From Candidatus Heimdallarchaeota archaeon (GTDB lineage: Archaea > Asgardarchaeota > Heimdallarchaeia > Hodarchaeales > Hodarchaeaceae), in the NCBI GenBank assembly GCA_048881705.1, contig JBHLSH010000031.1:1-39229 (forward strand): DNA of 39,229 nt, in the 5' to 3' direction. The position numbers and the translations under genes are program-made. Of the stretch, positions 18,920 to 27,348 are shown piece by piece. The notes under the pieces were generated by a model. It had not been told where the DNA came from, did no database searches, and worked only from the letters and a program-made list of their open reading frames with translations. Positions within the stretch are counted from its first letter, which is position 1. The number at the start of each line of letters is the position of its first letter.

Positions 18920-19115
18920 ATACCTACGATACCGCAGGCACTCTCGATTACGCCAAGGCGCTAGATTGACATCTTAGCTTGAGCAATAACCACGATAAGG
19001 AGAAATTCGGGGGGATAATACCCAAACTCGTGCAAATGAGTTACAATAAGAGGAGGAGTCCCTTATTCGTTACCTCCAAACGCTCAAGAAAGCACGCCCC
19101 GTCCCATTACCGCGT
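18920..19115 (-). ncRNA. Candidate structured RNA of unknown class
   Basis: At least six nested complementary segments found by eye (see finding). Several helices pair fully only on the minus strand, via G-U pairs. No convincing ORF. Confidence 0.35.
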
Positions 19116-19319
19116 TTTGTCGAATATTACGAAAAACTATGATATACTTCTCCGATGCTATCAAACGCTAACTGCTTCCGGATATTGTTTATAACCCTTT
19201 ATGAAAATCGACAGACGTGAGGGTAAAACCTCTTTAGTTCTCTGTTTACAAGGAGAACATCGAGTAAACCATTGTAAAGAGTTTATTTTTTCGAATATTG
19301 AAAGATGAGGTTAACTACC

Positions 19320-20966
19320 ATGCAACTAGGTGGACAACCAGTTATTATCCTAAAAGAAGGAACTGAGCGCTCCCGCGGCCGAGATGCTCAACGTAACAAC
19401 ATTCAGGCCGCAATTGCTGTCGCTGATGCAGTTCGCAGTGCCTTGGGGCCACGCGGAATGGACAAACTTCTCGTAGATTCTCTTGGTGATGTTGTAATCA
19501 CTAATGACGGCGCTACAATATTAGATGAGATCGATGTCCAGCATCCCGCCGCTAAAATGCTTGTTCAAGTCGCCAAGACCCAAGATCAGGAAGTAGGTGA
19601 TGGTACAACTACAAGCGTGATTATTGCCGGCGAACTCCTCAAACGTGCTGAGAAACTGTTGGATCAGAAAATTCACCCTACTGTGATTTTAGGGGGATAT
19701 AAGCTGGCAAGTGACAAAAGCAGTGAGATCCTCAAGACGATCGCCAACAAAATCGATCCAAATGATGAGGAAGTTCTCAAAAATGTCGCGCGAACCAGTC
19801 TTAACTCTAAATCTACAGGTGGAGCTAAGGATATTTTGGCCACGATCGCAGTGAATGCTGCCAAAGCAGTACTTGACGAAGAAAACACCGTTGACCTTGA
19901 TATGATTTCGGTCATTCAAAAACAGGGAAAGGGATTAACGGATTCGGAATTAATTCATGGAATTGTGTTAGACAAAGAAATTGTGAATCAACGAATGCCT
20001 CGGACCGTCACAGACGCCAAAATTGCCCTTATCGACCTGGCTCTGGAGATCAAAAAGACGGAATTCGACGCCAAGATTAGGATCACTGACGCAGCTATGA
20101 TGGATGCCTTCCTCGATCAAGAACAGTCAATGATCCGTGGCATGGTTGATGCTATCAAAAATGCAGGAGCGAATGTTGTTCTTTGTCAGAAAGGAATCGA
20201 TGATCTAGCTCAGCACTTCCTTGCTAAAGACGGAATTGCTGCAGTTAGAAGAGTCAAGAAAAGCGATATGGAACGACTAAGTAAAGCAACTGGTGCAAGG
20301 ATCGTCACAAACCTCAAGGACTTGTCAGCTGATGATCTCGGATCTGCTGGGCTCATAGAAGAAGTTCAGATTGGCGATGATAAGCTCATTTACGTACGAG
20401 ACTGTGCTAATCCTAAATCTGTCTCAATTATGATCCGTGGAGGCACAAAATACGTCACTGACGAAGCGGATCGCGCTCTTCATGATGCGTTGTGCGTAGT
20501 AAGAGATTGTCTTGAAGATGGCTGGGCCGTAGCAGGCGCAGGCGCTCCTGAGGTTGAATTGTATCGTGGACTGAAGGAGTTTGCAGGATCGGTCAAAGGC
20601 CGTGAGCAGATGGCAGTAGATGCATTTGCGGACGCCCTTGAGATCATTCCCCGTACCCTGGCCGAAAATTCTGGTCTCGATCCGATAGATGTCCTTGTCG
20701 AGCTCCGCGCAGCTCACGAGAAAGGTGAGAAGAACACAGGAATCGATGTAATCACTGGCAACAATGTTGACGCATACGCCGCAGGGATCATTGAACCCCT
20801 TCGAGTTAAAAAGCAAGCCCTCTTCTCAGCCCGAGAAGCGGCAGAACTGATCTTACGTATCGATGACGTGATTCAAAGTAAGAGTATGGAAGGGCCCCCA
20901 GCAGGAATGCCCCCAGGTGGTATGGGTGGTATGGGCGGCATGGGCGGCATGCCACCAATGATGTAA
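19320..20966 (+). CDS. thsA: Thermosome (group II chaperonin) subunit with a GGM-repeat tail
   Basis: [41 protein letters not shown] and LRIDD. The ORF track starts at 19305, but ATG 19320 follows a GAGG SD. The alpha/beta labelling is arbitrary. Confidence 0.95.
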   Translation: MQLGGQPVIILKEGTERSRGRDAQRNNIQAAIAVADAVRSALGPRGMDKLLVDSLGDVVITNDGATILDEIDVQHPAAKMLVQVAKTQDQEVGDGTTTSVIIAGELLKRAEKLLDQKIHPTVILGGYKLASDKSSEILKTIANKIDPNDEEVLKNVARTSLNSKSTGGAKDILATIAVNAAKAVLDEENTVDLDMISVIQKQGKGLTDSELIHGIVLDKEIVNQRMPRTVTDAKIALIDLALEIKKTEFDAKIRITDAAMMDAFLDQEQSMIRGMVDAIKNAGANVVLCQKGIDDLAQHFLAKDGIAAVRRVKKSDMERLSKATGARIVTNLKDLSADDLGSAGLIEEVQIGDDKLIYVRDCANPKSVSIMIRGGTKYVTDEADRALHDALCVVRDCLEDGWAVAGAGAPEVELYRGLKEFAGSVKGREQMAVDAFADALEIIPRTLAENSGLDPIDVLVELRAAHEKGEKNTGIDVITGNNVDAYAAGIIEPLRVKKQALFSAREAAELILRIDDVIQSKSMEGPPAGMPPGGMGGMGGMGGMPPMM

Positions 20967-20980
20967 ACGGAGGAATAAAG

Positions 20981-22606
20981 ATGTCATTTCAAGGTACACC
21001 AGTATTAATACTAAAAGAAGATACTTCTCGGACTACTGGCCGAGATGCGCTTACCAGCAACATCGCGGCTGCTCGTGTAATCTCTGAAGCTATTAGATCG
21101 GCATTAGGACCGAAAGGCATGGATAAAATGCTGTTAGACAACTTTGGAGATGTGGTGATCACCAACGATGGGGCTACGATTCTGAAAGAGATCGACATCG
21201 CGCATCCGATCGGAAAAATGATGGTTGAGCTTTCCAAAATGCAGGATCAAGAAGCTGGGGATGGAACGACAACCGTAGTGATTCTTGCTGGGGAGCTTCT
21301 CCAAAAAGCCTCTGATCTAATCACAAGCGATAAGATCCATCCTACGATCCTAGTGGAAGGTTATCGTTTAGCTACAGAGAAAGCAATGGAACTTCTTAAC
21401 GAGATTGCCACGGATATATCTCCAGAGGACAATGCCTTACTTTCCAAAGTCGTGACAACTACTATGGGCTCAAAAATAGTATCTCGATCTAGTGGCATGT
21501 TAGGCAAGTTGGTTATAGACGCAGTCAAGAGCGTAGACGAAGGAACAGGTAAAATCGATATAGAAAACATAAAAGTGGAGAAAAAAGAAGGGGAAGATCT
21601 CGAATCTACGCTGTTGGTCAAAGGAATTGTCTTAGACAAAGAAGTTGTCCATTCAGGAATGCCCAAGAGCCTAAAAAATCCAAAAATCGCCCTAATTGCT
21701 GAGGCATTTGAGGTATCAAAGACAGAGTTTGATTCAGAACTCTCCATAACAGATCCAGAGAAAATCCAAGAATTTCTCGATCGTGAGGCTGGCATGCTAG
21801 CCAAGATGGTTGATAAGGTTGTCGAGTCTGGCGCTCAAGTAGTGCTAGCTCAAAAGGGAATCGATGACATCGCTCAGCATCTTTTGGCAAAACAAGGTAT
21901 CATGGCCGTTCGAAGGGTCAAAAAATCTGATATGGAAAAGCTAGGCAAGGCAACGGGTGCCAAGATTGTTAATAGCATCAAAGACCTCTCAGCAGATGAT
22001 CTTGGAACCGCAGGAAGGGTTTACGAGACCACTGTCGGTGATGATGACATGGTATTCGTAGAGGACTGTCCTGAAGCCAAATCCGTAACGATCCTTGTTC
22101 GTGGTGGTACCGAACTCGTGGTTGATGAAGCCGAACGATCTATTCATGATGCTATCTGTGTTGTTCGAAACGTTCTTGAAGATCGCAAAATTGTGGCTGG
22201 TGGCGGTTCACCTGAAGCCTATTTGTCCCGAAAATTACACAAATTTGCCGAGTCTCTCGTCGGTCGTGAGCAACTAGCTGTTCAGGCTTTCGCGGACGCA
22301 TTGGAGATTATTCCTCGAACTTTAGCCGAAAATGCTGGCTTAGATCCAATAGACATCATCGTAGCTTTGCGCACGGAACACGAAAGCGGGAACCACAAGG
22401 CTGGCGTGGATGTATTTAAGGGAAAGGTTCGCAACATGAATGATGTTATCGAACCCCTCCGTGTGAAAACTCACGCCATAACTGCGGCCAGTGAGAACGC
22501 TCAGATGGTTCTACGAATAGACGATATCATCTCCGCCAAATCATCGCCTGGACCTGAAGGAGGCCCTGGTGGTCCCGGCGGCGGCATGGATGATGATCTC
22601 GACTAG
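20981..22606 (+). CDS. thsB: Thermosome (group II chaperonin) subunit with an acidic tail
   Basis: [23 protein letters not shown] and LRIDD; GGAGG SD. The alpha/beta labelling is arbitrary. Confidence 0.95.
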   Translation: MSFQGTPVLILKEDTSRTTGRDALTSNIAAARVISEAIRSALGPKGMDKMLLDNFGDVVITNDGATILKEIDIAHPIGKMMVELSKMQDQEAGDGTTTVVILAGELLQKASDLITSDKIHPTILVEGYRLATEKAMELLNEIATDISPEDNALLSKVVTTTMGSKIVSRSSGMLGKLVIDAVKSVDEGTGKIDIENIKVEKKEGEDLESTLLVKGIVLDKEVVHSGMPKSLKNPKIALIAEAFEVSKTEFDSELSITDPEKIQEFLDREAGMLAKMVDKVVESGAQVVLAQKGIDDIAQHLLAKQGIMAVRRVKKSDMEKLGKATGAKIVNSIKDLSADDLGTAGRVYETTVGDDDMVFVEDCPEAKSVTILVRGGTELVVDEAERSIHDAICVVRNVLEDRKIVAGGGSPEAYLSRKLHKFAESLVGREQLAVQAFADALEIIPRTLAENAGLDPIDIIVALRTEHESGNHKAGVDVFKGKVRNMNDVIEPLRVKTHAITAASENAQMVLRIDDIISAKSSPGPEGGPGGPGGGMDDDLD

Positions 22607-22621
22607 TTGACTCCTCGTCAG

Positions 22622-22655
22622 TCTTTTTCTCTTTTTTCCCTCTTTTTTCTTTTTT
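22622..22655 (+). terminator. U-rich terminator of the thermosome operon
   Basis: A 34-nt uninterrupted pyrimidine tract with several T5-T6 runs starts 15 nt after the stop. Confidence 0.65.
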
Positions 22656-22819
22656 ATACTGGTTAAGGGATAAGCGGAGCAGGGATTGTTGTAATGTCAA
22701 AAGATCAACGACAAAATCGTAATAACTATCTTATATCAGCGCCTAATTTGGCGTTATTGCTCTCTTTTTCATGAAGAAAACTCGTAGGACTGATATCTCT
22801 GGCAGTTACCAGGAATTCA

Positions 22820-23131
22820 ATGGAGATTAAGATTGGGCCACGCATGCTCACCCGTTTTGAGTACGCGCGTATATTAGGGGCCAGGGCATTACAGATATCC
22901 ATGGGAGCACCAGTTACCGTTGAGGTAAGCGAAGAACAGGCCAATCCGGAACCGGACGAAGTGAAGCAGGAAGAAGGGGATCCGTTACTAATAGCGGAAC
23001 GTGAGATCAGACAACGCCTTCTCCCAATACTGGTTCGTCGAACTCTCCCAGATGGACGTTTTCAAGATATCCCCATTGAATATCTTCTAAAGCATGCGGG
23101 ACGGAAGCATGGGGGAGAACTCATAAATTAG
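22820..23131 (+). CDS. rpoK: DNA-directed RNA polymerase subunit Rpo6 (RpoK/RPB6)
   Basis: [29 protein letters not shown] and P..VRRTLPDG. Confidence 0.95.
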   Translation: MEIKIGPRMLTRFEYARILGARALQISMGAPVTVEVSEEQANPEPDEVKQEEGDPLLIAEREIRQRLLPILVRRTLPDGRFQDIPIEYLLKHAGRKHGGELIN

Positions 23132-23252
23132 AGATGTTTTTATCCTTAAAACGTTTTTTCTTTGTGTCTAAACCAACATGACAGTCCAGAACCATTTGGT
23201 TTTTAATGGGGGATGGATATGATCTACCCAAAGCCAATGAGGCAATCCTGCA

Positions 23253-23918
23253 ATGAATGATGTCCGGGACCGCTTTAAGGCATTAGGGAAAAAATTAAAG
23301 GAACAAAAAGATGAGAGCATTCGTTATGCGGAGGAAAAGTTAAGGGAAGGAGCAAATTCCAACAATATTCCGGTGAATCTTCCAGATGATCTGAGGAATT
23401 ATCTTCTTACCTTAAAACGCGAGATTGGTCTCCCTGTTTCAGTATTACCTGCATCTATGTTCAAAAAGCCTCGTTTTTTAGGACGAGAAGAATTTTTCCA
23501 CCGTTTGGCCTCGGAATTGGTTCCTTACGGGCTTGCGCACCAAAGGGTTAATCTGGAACCCGTTCGTCTAAGTAGATTGACATCTTCATTTCATAAACAC
23601 CGTCCTGGATGGGATGTGGATATCCAAGACATAGAGGCTGCTCTTGGAATGCTAAATGAGCAGGGAATCATTGGAAAATCGACACAGGGATTTTTGTTCG
23701 AACCACTCACTCTATCAAGAGATGTCCATAACTTTTTAGCGTGGATAAACGAGGGAATCACTACCTATGGCGAAATCTCAATAGAAGAAATATACGACCG
23801 TGTTCCTTGGGATAACTCGAAGGTCGATTATTTGATCGAACTTCTGGTTCAGAACAAGATCTGTATCATAAATTCACAGGATCGTACCCTTTTCTTTCCA
23901 AGCTTTACCCGAGGATAG
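23253..23918 (+). CDS. ESCRT-II Vps22/Vps36-like (EAP30 domain) protein
   Basis: Pattern L..EIG.P...EEFF..LA.E...V.L..L....H..R.G..V...DIE.AL..L, then a second winged helix IS.EEI...V.W....V...IE.LV...I.I......LFFP, as in Vps22/SNF8. Confidence 0.65.
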   Translation: MNDVRDRFKALGKKLKEQKDESIRYAEEKLREGANSNNIPVNLPDDLRNYLLTLKREIGLPVSVLPASMFKKPRFLGREEFFHRLASELVPYGLAHQRVNLEPVRLSRLTSSFHKHRPGWDVDIQDIEAALGMLNEQGIIGKSTQGFLFEPLTLSRDVHNFLAWINEGITTYGEISIEEIYDRVPWDNSKVDYLIELLVQNKICIINSQDRTLFFPSFTRG

Positions 23919-23925
23919 ATCTATC

Positions 23926-24237
23926 GTGCCTCGATTTTCACCACCGACGCTGGAAAGATTTTTTGATAATCGATTGATCATTGTTTGGGTAATCAAGCAA
24001 CCATTGGGGACTCCTCCATTAAGAGATCTGGAATTTCGGATTCACGGTGATTTAGAATTCACTCCTAATCAAGAGAATGTCGTGGTTCTTCCATCCACCG
24101 GGGACGGGAACGAGTTTCTTGTTAACTGGGTTGTTCGAATTCCAGAGACGAAAACCGAGGTGGAATTATCTGTCCATCATGGATCTTTTATGGAAAAGTT
24201 CAATCTTGTCATTGATCCGCATAACCTTCCGCCTTAA
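23926..24237 (+). CDS. Hypothetical protein, predicted all-beta (Ig-like) domain
   Basis: Starts 7 nt after the ESCRT-II-like gene; alternating hydrophobic beta-strand pattern; no family recognised. Confidence 0.55.
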   Translation: MPRFSPPTLERFFDNRLIIVWVIKQPLGTPPLRDLEFRIHGDLEFTPNQENVVVLPSTGDGNEFLVNWVVRIPETKTEVELSVHHGSFMEKFNLVIDPHNLPP

Positions 24238-24341
24238 CGGGTGCTATATTTAAAAAATGAGAGAATGGGCCTTCTAGCTGGGAGTAAATGGTAATTAATC
24301 GTCTACTCCTTACACTTTGAAATAAATGGAGTGTTATAACA

Positions 24342-24548
24342 ACGGGAAAAGTTCGAACGAGCGCTGTCAAGATAATCACTCGCCAGATTATGAAGGAATA
24401 CGAGGCGCACCTCACGTTGGACTTTGACCACAATAAGGACATTGTCTCGAAGGTTGCAAAAACACGCTCAAAGCGATTTAGAAATCGCGTTGCGGGTTAT
24501 TTAACCCATCAGATAAAACTGAAACGAAGAGAAGAAGAAGATTATTGA
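24342..24548 (+). CDS. rps17e: 30S ribosomal protein S17e (eS17), apparent ACG start
   Basis: Not in the ORF track. (M)GKVRTSAVKIITRQIMKEYEAHLTLDFDHNKDIVSKVAKTRSKRFRNRVAGYLTH is unmistakably eS17. The Met position is ACG, 8 nt after a GGAGTG SD; the stop is TGA at 24546-24548. Confidence 0.9.
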   Translation, partial: TGKVRTSAVKIITRQIMKEYEAHLTLDFDHNKDIVSKVAKTRSKRFRNRVAGYLTHQIKLKRREEEDY

Positions 24549-24736
24549 AATTTCAAATCGACTCTTTTTCCATGAGATAACTAATTTTGTGTTTTAGGCA
24601 CGTAACGACGTGTGAAAATTGATCTATTGCCAGAACTGGGAAGGCGTTGTCATCTTGTTAATTGGAACTAGTTCAGGATAACCAAAGAAGACCCCAAGAT
24701 AACTCTAGATAATATTGTATTCCGTGGTCATTTTAG

Positions 24737-24919
24737 ATGGAAAATCCGCCTCCACCTGGGGTATTAATAGGAGTTGAAAAAACACGGGAGCGCTGTGGGA
24801 TCTGTAATCAACCGTTTACGAAAGAAACCTATTTTGATACTCTGACTGAGCAGCGAAGCTATCGATATTTGTGTGAGACGTGTAAGCTTGTGATTCCTGT
24901 GGAAGGCGATCTATATTGA
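24737..24919 (+). CDS. Small zinc-ribbon protein (CxxC...CxxC)
   Basis: CGIC and CETC pairs; its stop overlaps the start of the next gene. Confidence 0.55.
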   Translation: MENPPPPGVLIGVEKTRERCGICNQPFTKETYFDTLTEQRSYRYLCETCKLVIPVEGDLY

Positions 24920-25548
24920 CCCCTCAATGGGCTGCCTTGAGTCAAGAACGAATATTTGCCTGTCAACAGAGCGGAAATTGTTGTAGAGATCCAAAGATAA
25001 TTGTGACTCTAACATATCGAGATTTATATCTTCTATATGCCGCGGAGGAGCAGGATTTTCATTCTCTGCTCAAGAGGATCACCTTTTATGCATTAGAAGA
25101 CGTTTCGGACGAAAAAATACGTGAACGTTTAGTTTTAACTCCTATCCAAGTTACAGAAGGACAAATAATTCCAGGTCTCCGTAAAGATTCCGCAGGTGAT
25201 TGTGTTTTCTACGTTCGGCCCGATTGCAGCATCTACCAATACAGACCCCTGGCCTGCCGAAATTACCCCCTCACATTTCGAAAACTCAAAGGTACAAAAG
25301 CCCTTGTTACAGCCTGGGCCAAGAATGCAACAAAAACTTGTCCTGGAATTGGGAAGGGGGTACCGTTCTCCGAAAAGGCCATCCAGGAAATGGGAGAGCA
25401 TTATTTTGAAGAAGTGAAGAAACACAACGCCTTAGTAGAAAACCTGAACCTTGAAGCACAAGGTGGAAAACCATTAACCGCCAGGGAGGCTATCTGGGTA
25501 GCGATAATGTACGCTCAGAATGAGCTTCAAACCCAAAATGAAGACTAA
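24916..25548 (+). CDS. YkgJ / UPF0153 family Cys-cluster (putative Fe-S/Zn) protein
   Basis: FACQQSGNCC, CVFY..PDCSIYQYRPLACRNYP and CPGIGKG. Confidence 0.85.
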   Translation: MTPQWAALSQERIFACQQSGNCCRDPKIIVTLTYRDLYLLYAAEEQDFHSLLKRITFYALEDVSDEKIRERLVLTPIQVTEGQIIPGLRKDSAGDCVFYVRPDCSIYQYRPLACRNYPLTFRKLKGTKALVTAWAKNATKTCPGIGKGVPFSEKAIQEMGEHYFEEVKKHNALVENLNLEAQGGKPLTAREAIWVAIMYAQNELQTQNED

Positions 25549-25650
25549 TTTCTCCGAATCTAAATGTTTTCCAGGGAAATCCCATTAGAAATGATACTAG
25601 TTCCTTTTATAGAATAAATAAGCATCTGTTTTCAATGAAACCAATGGGTT

Positions 25651-27348
25651 TTGGATATGAAACCTCTCCCAACTGCGACCAAATGGGGGGACAGAGATTC
25701 TACTAGGGTAAAATGGACTTTTGCCTTCAAAGAGCTTGTTTATTCTCAACTAGGCATTGATCAAGATACTCCAAAGAAAACATACACATCAAAAAGTCCT
25801 GAAACAATACATGAACAACCTCCTGATCTTCCCAAAGAGTTCTTTGATCATCTTGGTTTATTTTTACGTTCTACTCAGATCTCAACAGATTTCTGGGAAC
25901 GTATAGAAAATTCTCTGGGCCAGGGATACCTCGAACTCATTCAAACTCGAGTTGCTAAATTGCCGCCGATCGCTGAACTGGTAGTATACCCCCATTCACA
26001 TGATGAGATTGTTTCAGTTATCCAAGCGGCAAAAACTTTCGGAATTCCTCTTTGTATCAGAGGAGGTGGAACTAGTGTGACTCATGGAGTCTCACAGATT
26101 CCTAAGGGCTGTACAGTACTCAACATAACTCGGATGAACCGTGTTCTGGCTATCAACCAAACTAGTATGTATATCACAGCCCAAACAGGCATTTTAGGGC
26201 CTGTTTTGGAAGATAGTCTAAATTCAAATGGTTTAACTCTGGGTCATTTTCCCCAATCTTTCGAATATAGCTGTCTGGGTGGATGGATTGCTACCCGTGG
26301 AGCAGGTCAGAATTCCACTTTGTACGGTAAGATAGAAGAGATGCTAATGGGATTGAAAATTGCGACAGGAAAGGGAACTACACTAGAAATCAAGCCCGCT
26401 CCAGCTCGTGCTACCGGTCCAGATTTTACACATATATTTTCAGGCTCGGAGGGGGCTTTTGGAATCATAACTGAAGCGACACTACGAGTTTGGCCAATTC
26501 CACAGACTAGGAAGTTTTCAGCATTCTTCTTTCGATCATTTGAAGATGGAATTAATGCTTACAGAGAGCTCATACAAGCTGGATTACGTCCGGCAATTCT
26601 CCGACTGTCCGATGCATTAGAGACCTATTTCAATTTAAAGGCCAGCTCTCTTATGCATGATCCCCCGCGGAAACCCTCCTATTTTCAACAGATTGGGATG
26701 AAATATCTTGAGACCCGTGGATTTTCAGAAGGTAAAAGATGCCTTGGAATTATGGTTAACGAGGGGCAATCGAACCTAGTGTCAATGACCCGAAAGCATG
26801 CGATTTCCCTGGCGAAAAAACATCACGGATACCATTTAGGAGCATCTCCTGCAAAGCAATGGTATGATTCTCGGTTTGATACTCCCTTTCTTAGAGATTC
26901 AATTGTTGATCATGGAGTTCTATTGGAAACCTTTGAAACGGCGGTAACATGGGAAAACCTACTTCCCTTGTATTATGCGATCCAGGAAGTCCTTCGCTCA
27001 GAATGTCCCATGATTTGGACCCACGGAAGCCATTTCTACGTTAACGGAGCAAACCTGTATTTTACTGTCTTAACTCCCCAGGAAGAAGGAAATGAGATTT
27101 ACCAGTTCCACCGTATACGAAAGAAGGTTCTGGATACATTTTTAGCAAATGGAGGAACACTGAGTCACCACCATGGGATCGGAAGATCATTTAATGAATG
27201 GTTACCAGAGGAAATTGGTTCTGCGGGAATGGAATTACTCAAGGATTTGAAACAGAGTCTTGATCCCGAGGGGATTTTGAATCCGGGGATCTTTGGATTG
27301 GATCGGCATCAAAACGTTCATGGACTCCAAACCAGCGATTCTTTATAG
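25651..27348 (+). CDS. FAD-linked oxidase of the alkyl-dihydroxyacetonephosphate synthase (AGPS) family
   Basis: RGGGTSV, GHFPQSFEYS..GGWIATRGAGQ, GSEGAFGIITE, SHFY..GANLYF and HHHGIG. Confidence 0.85.
   Translation: MDMKPLPTATKWGDRDSTRVKWTFAFKELVYSQLGIDQDTPKKTYTSKSPETIHEQPPDLPKEFFDHLGLFLRSTQISTDFWERIENSLGQGYLELIQTRVAKLPPIAELVVYPHSHDEIVSVIQAAKTFGIPLCIRGGGTSVTHGVSQIPKGCTVLNITRMNRVLAINQTSMYITAQTGILGPVLEDSLNSNGLTLGHFPQSFEYSCLGGWIATRGAGQNSTLYGKIEEMLMGLKIATGKGTTLEIKPAPARATGPDFTHIFSGSEGAFGIITEATLRVWPIPQTRKFSAFFFRSFEDGINAYRELIQAGLRPAILRLSDALETYFNLKASSLMHDPPRKPSYFQQIGMKYLETRGFSEGKRCLGIMVNEGQSNLVSMTRKHAISLAKKHHGYHLGASPAKQWYDSRFDTPFLRDSIVDHGVLLETFETAVTWENLLPLYYAIQEVLRSECPMIWTHGSHFYVNGANLYFTVLTPQEEGNEIYQFHRIRKKVLDTFLANGGTLSHHHGIGRSFNEWLPEEIGSAGMELLKDLKQSLDPEGILNPGIFGLDRHQNVHGLQTSDSL

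Noticed and set aside
18895-18945. TGTAA...CCCGAAAC...CGATACCGC resembles the archaeal SRP RNA Alu domain
   Set aside because: The G-rich helix-3 strand is missing and no helix-8 SRP54 motif (CAGG..GGAA..AGCA) follows. Kept only as part of the unidentified structured element; cmscan would settle it.
18508-22277. Many antisense ORFs over the histone and thermosome genes (also over arcC, arsM, glpD, slipin and psmA)
   Set aside because: These are shadow ORFs on the opposite strand of strongly supported genes.
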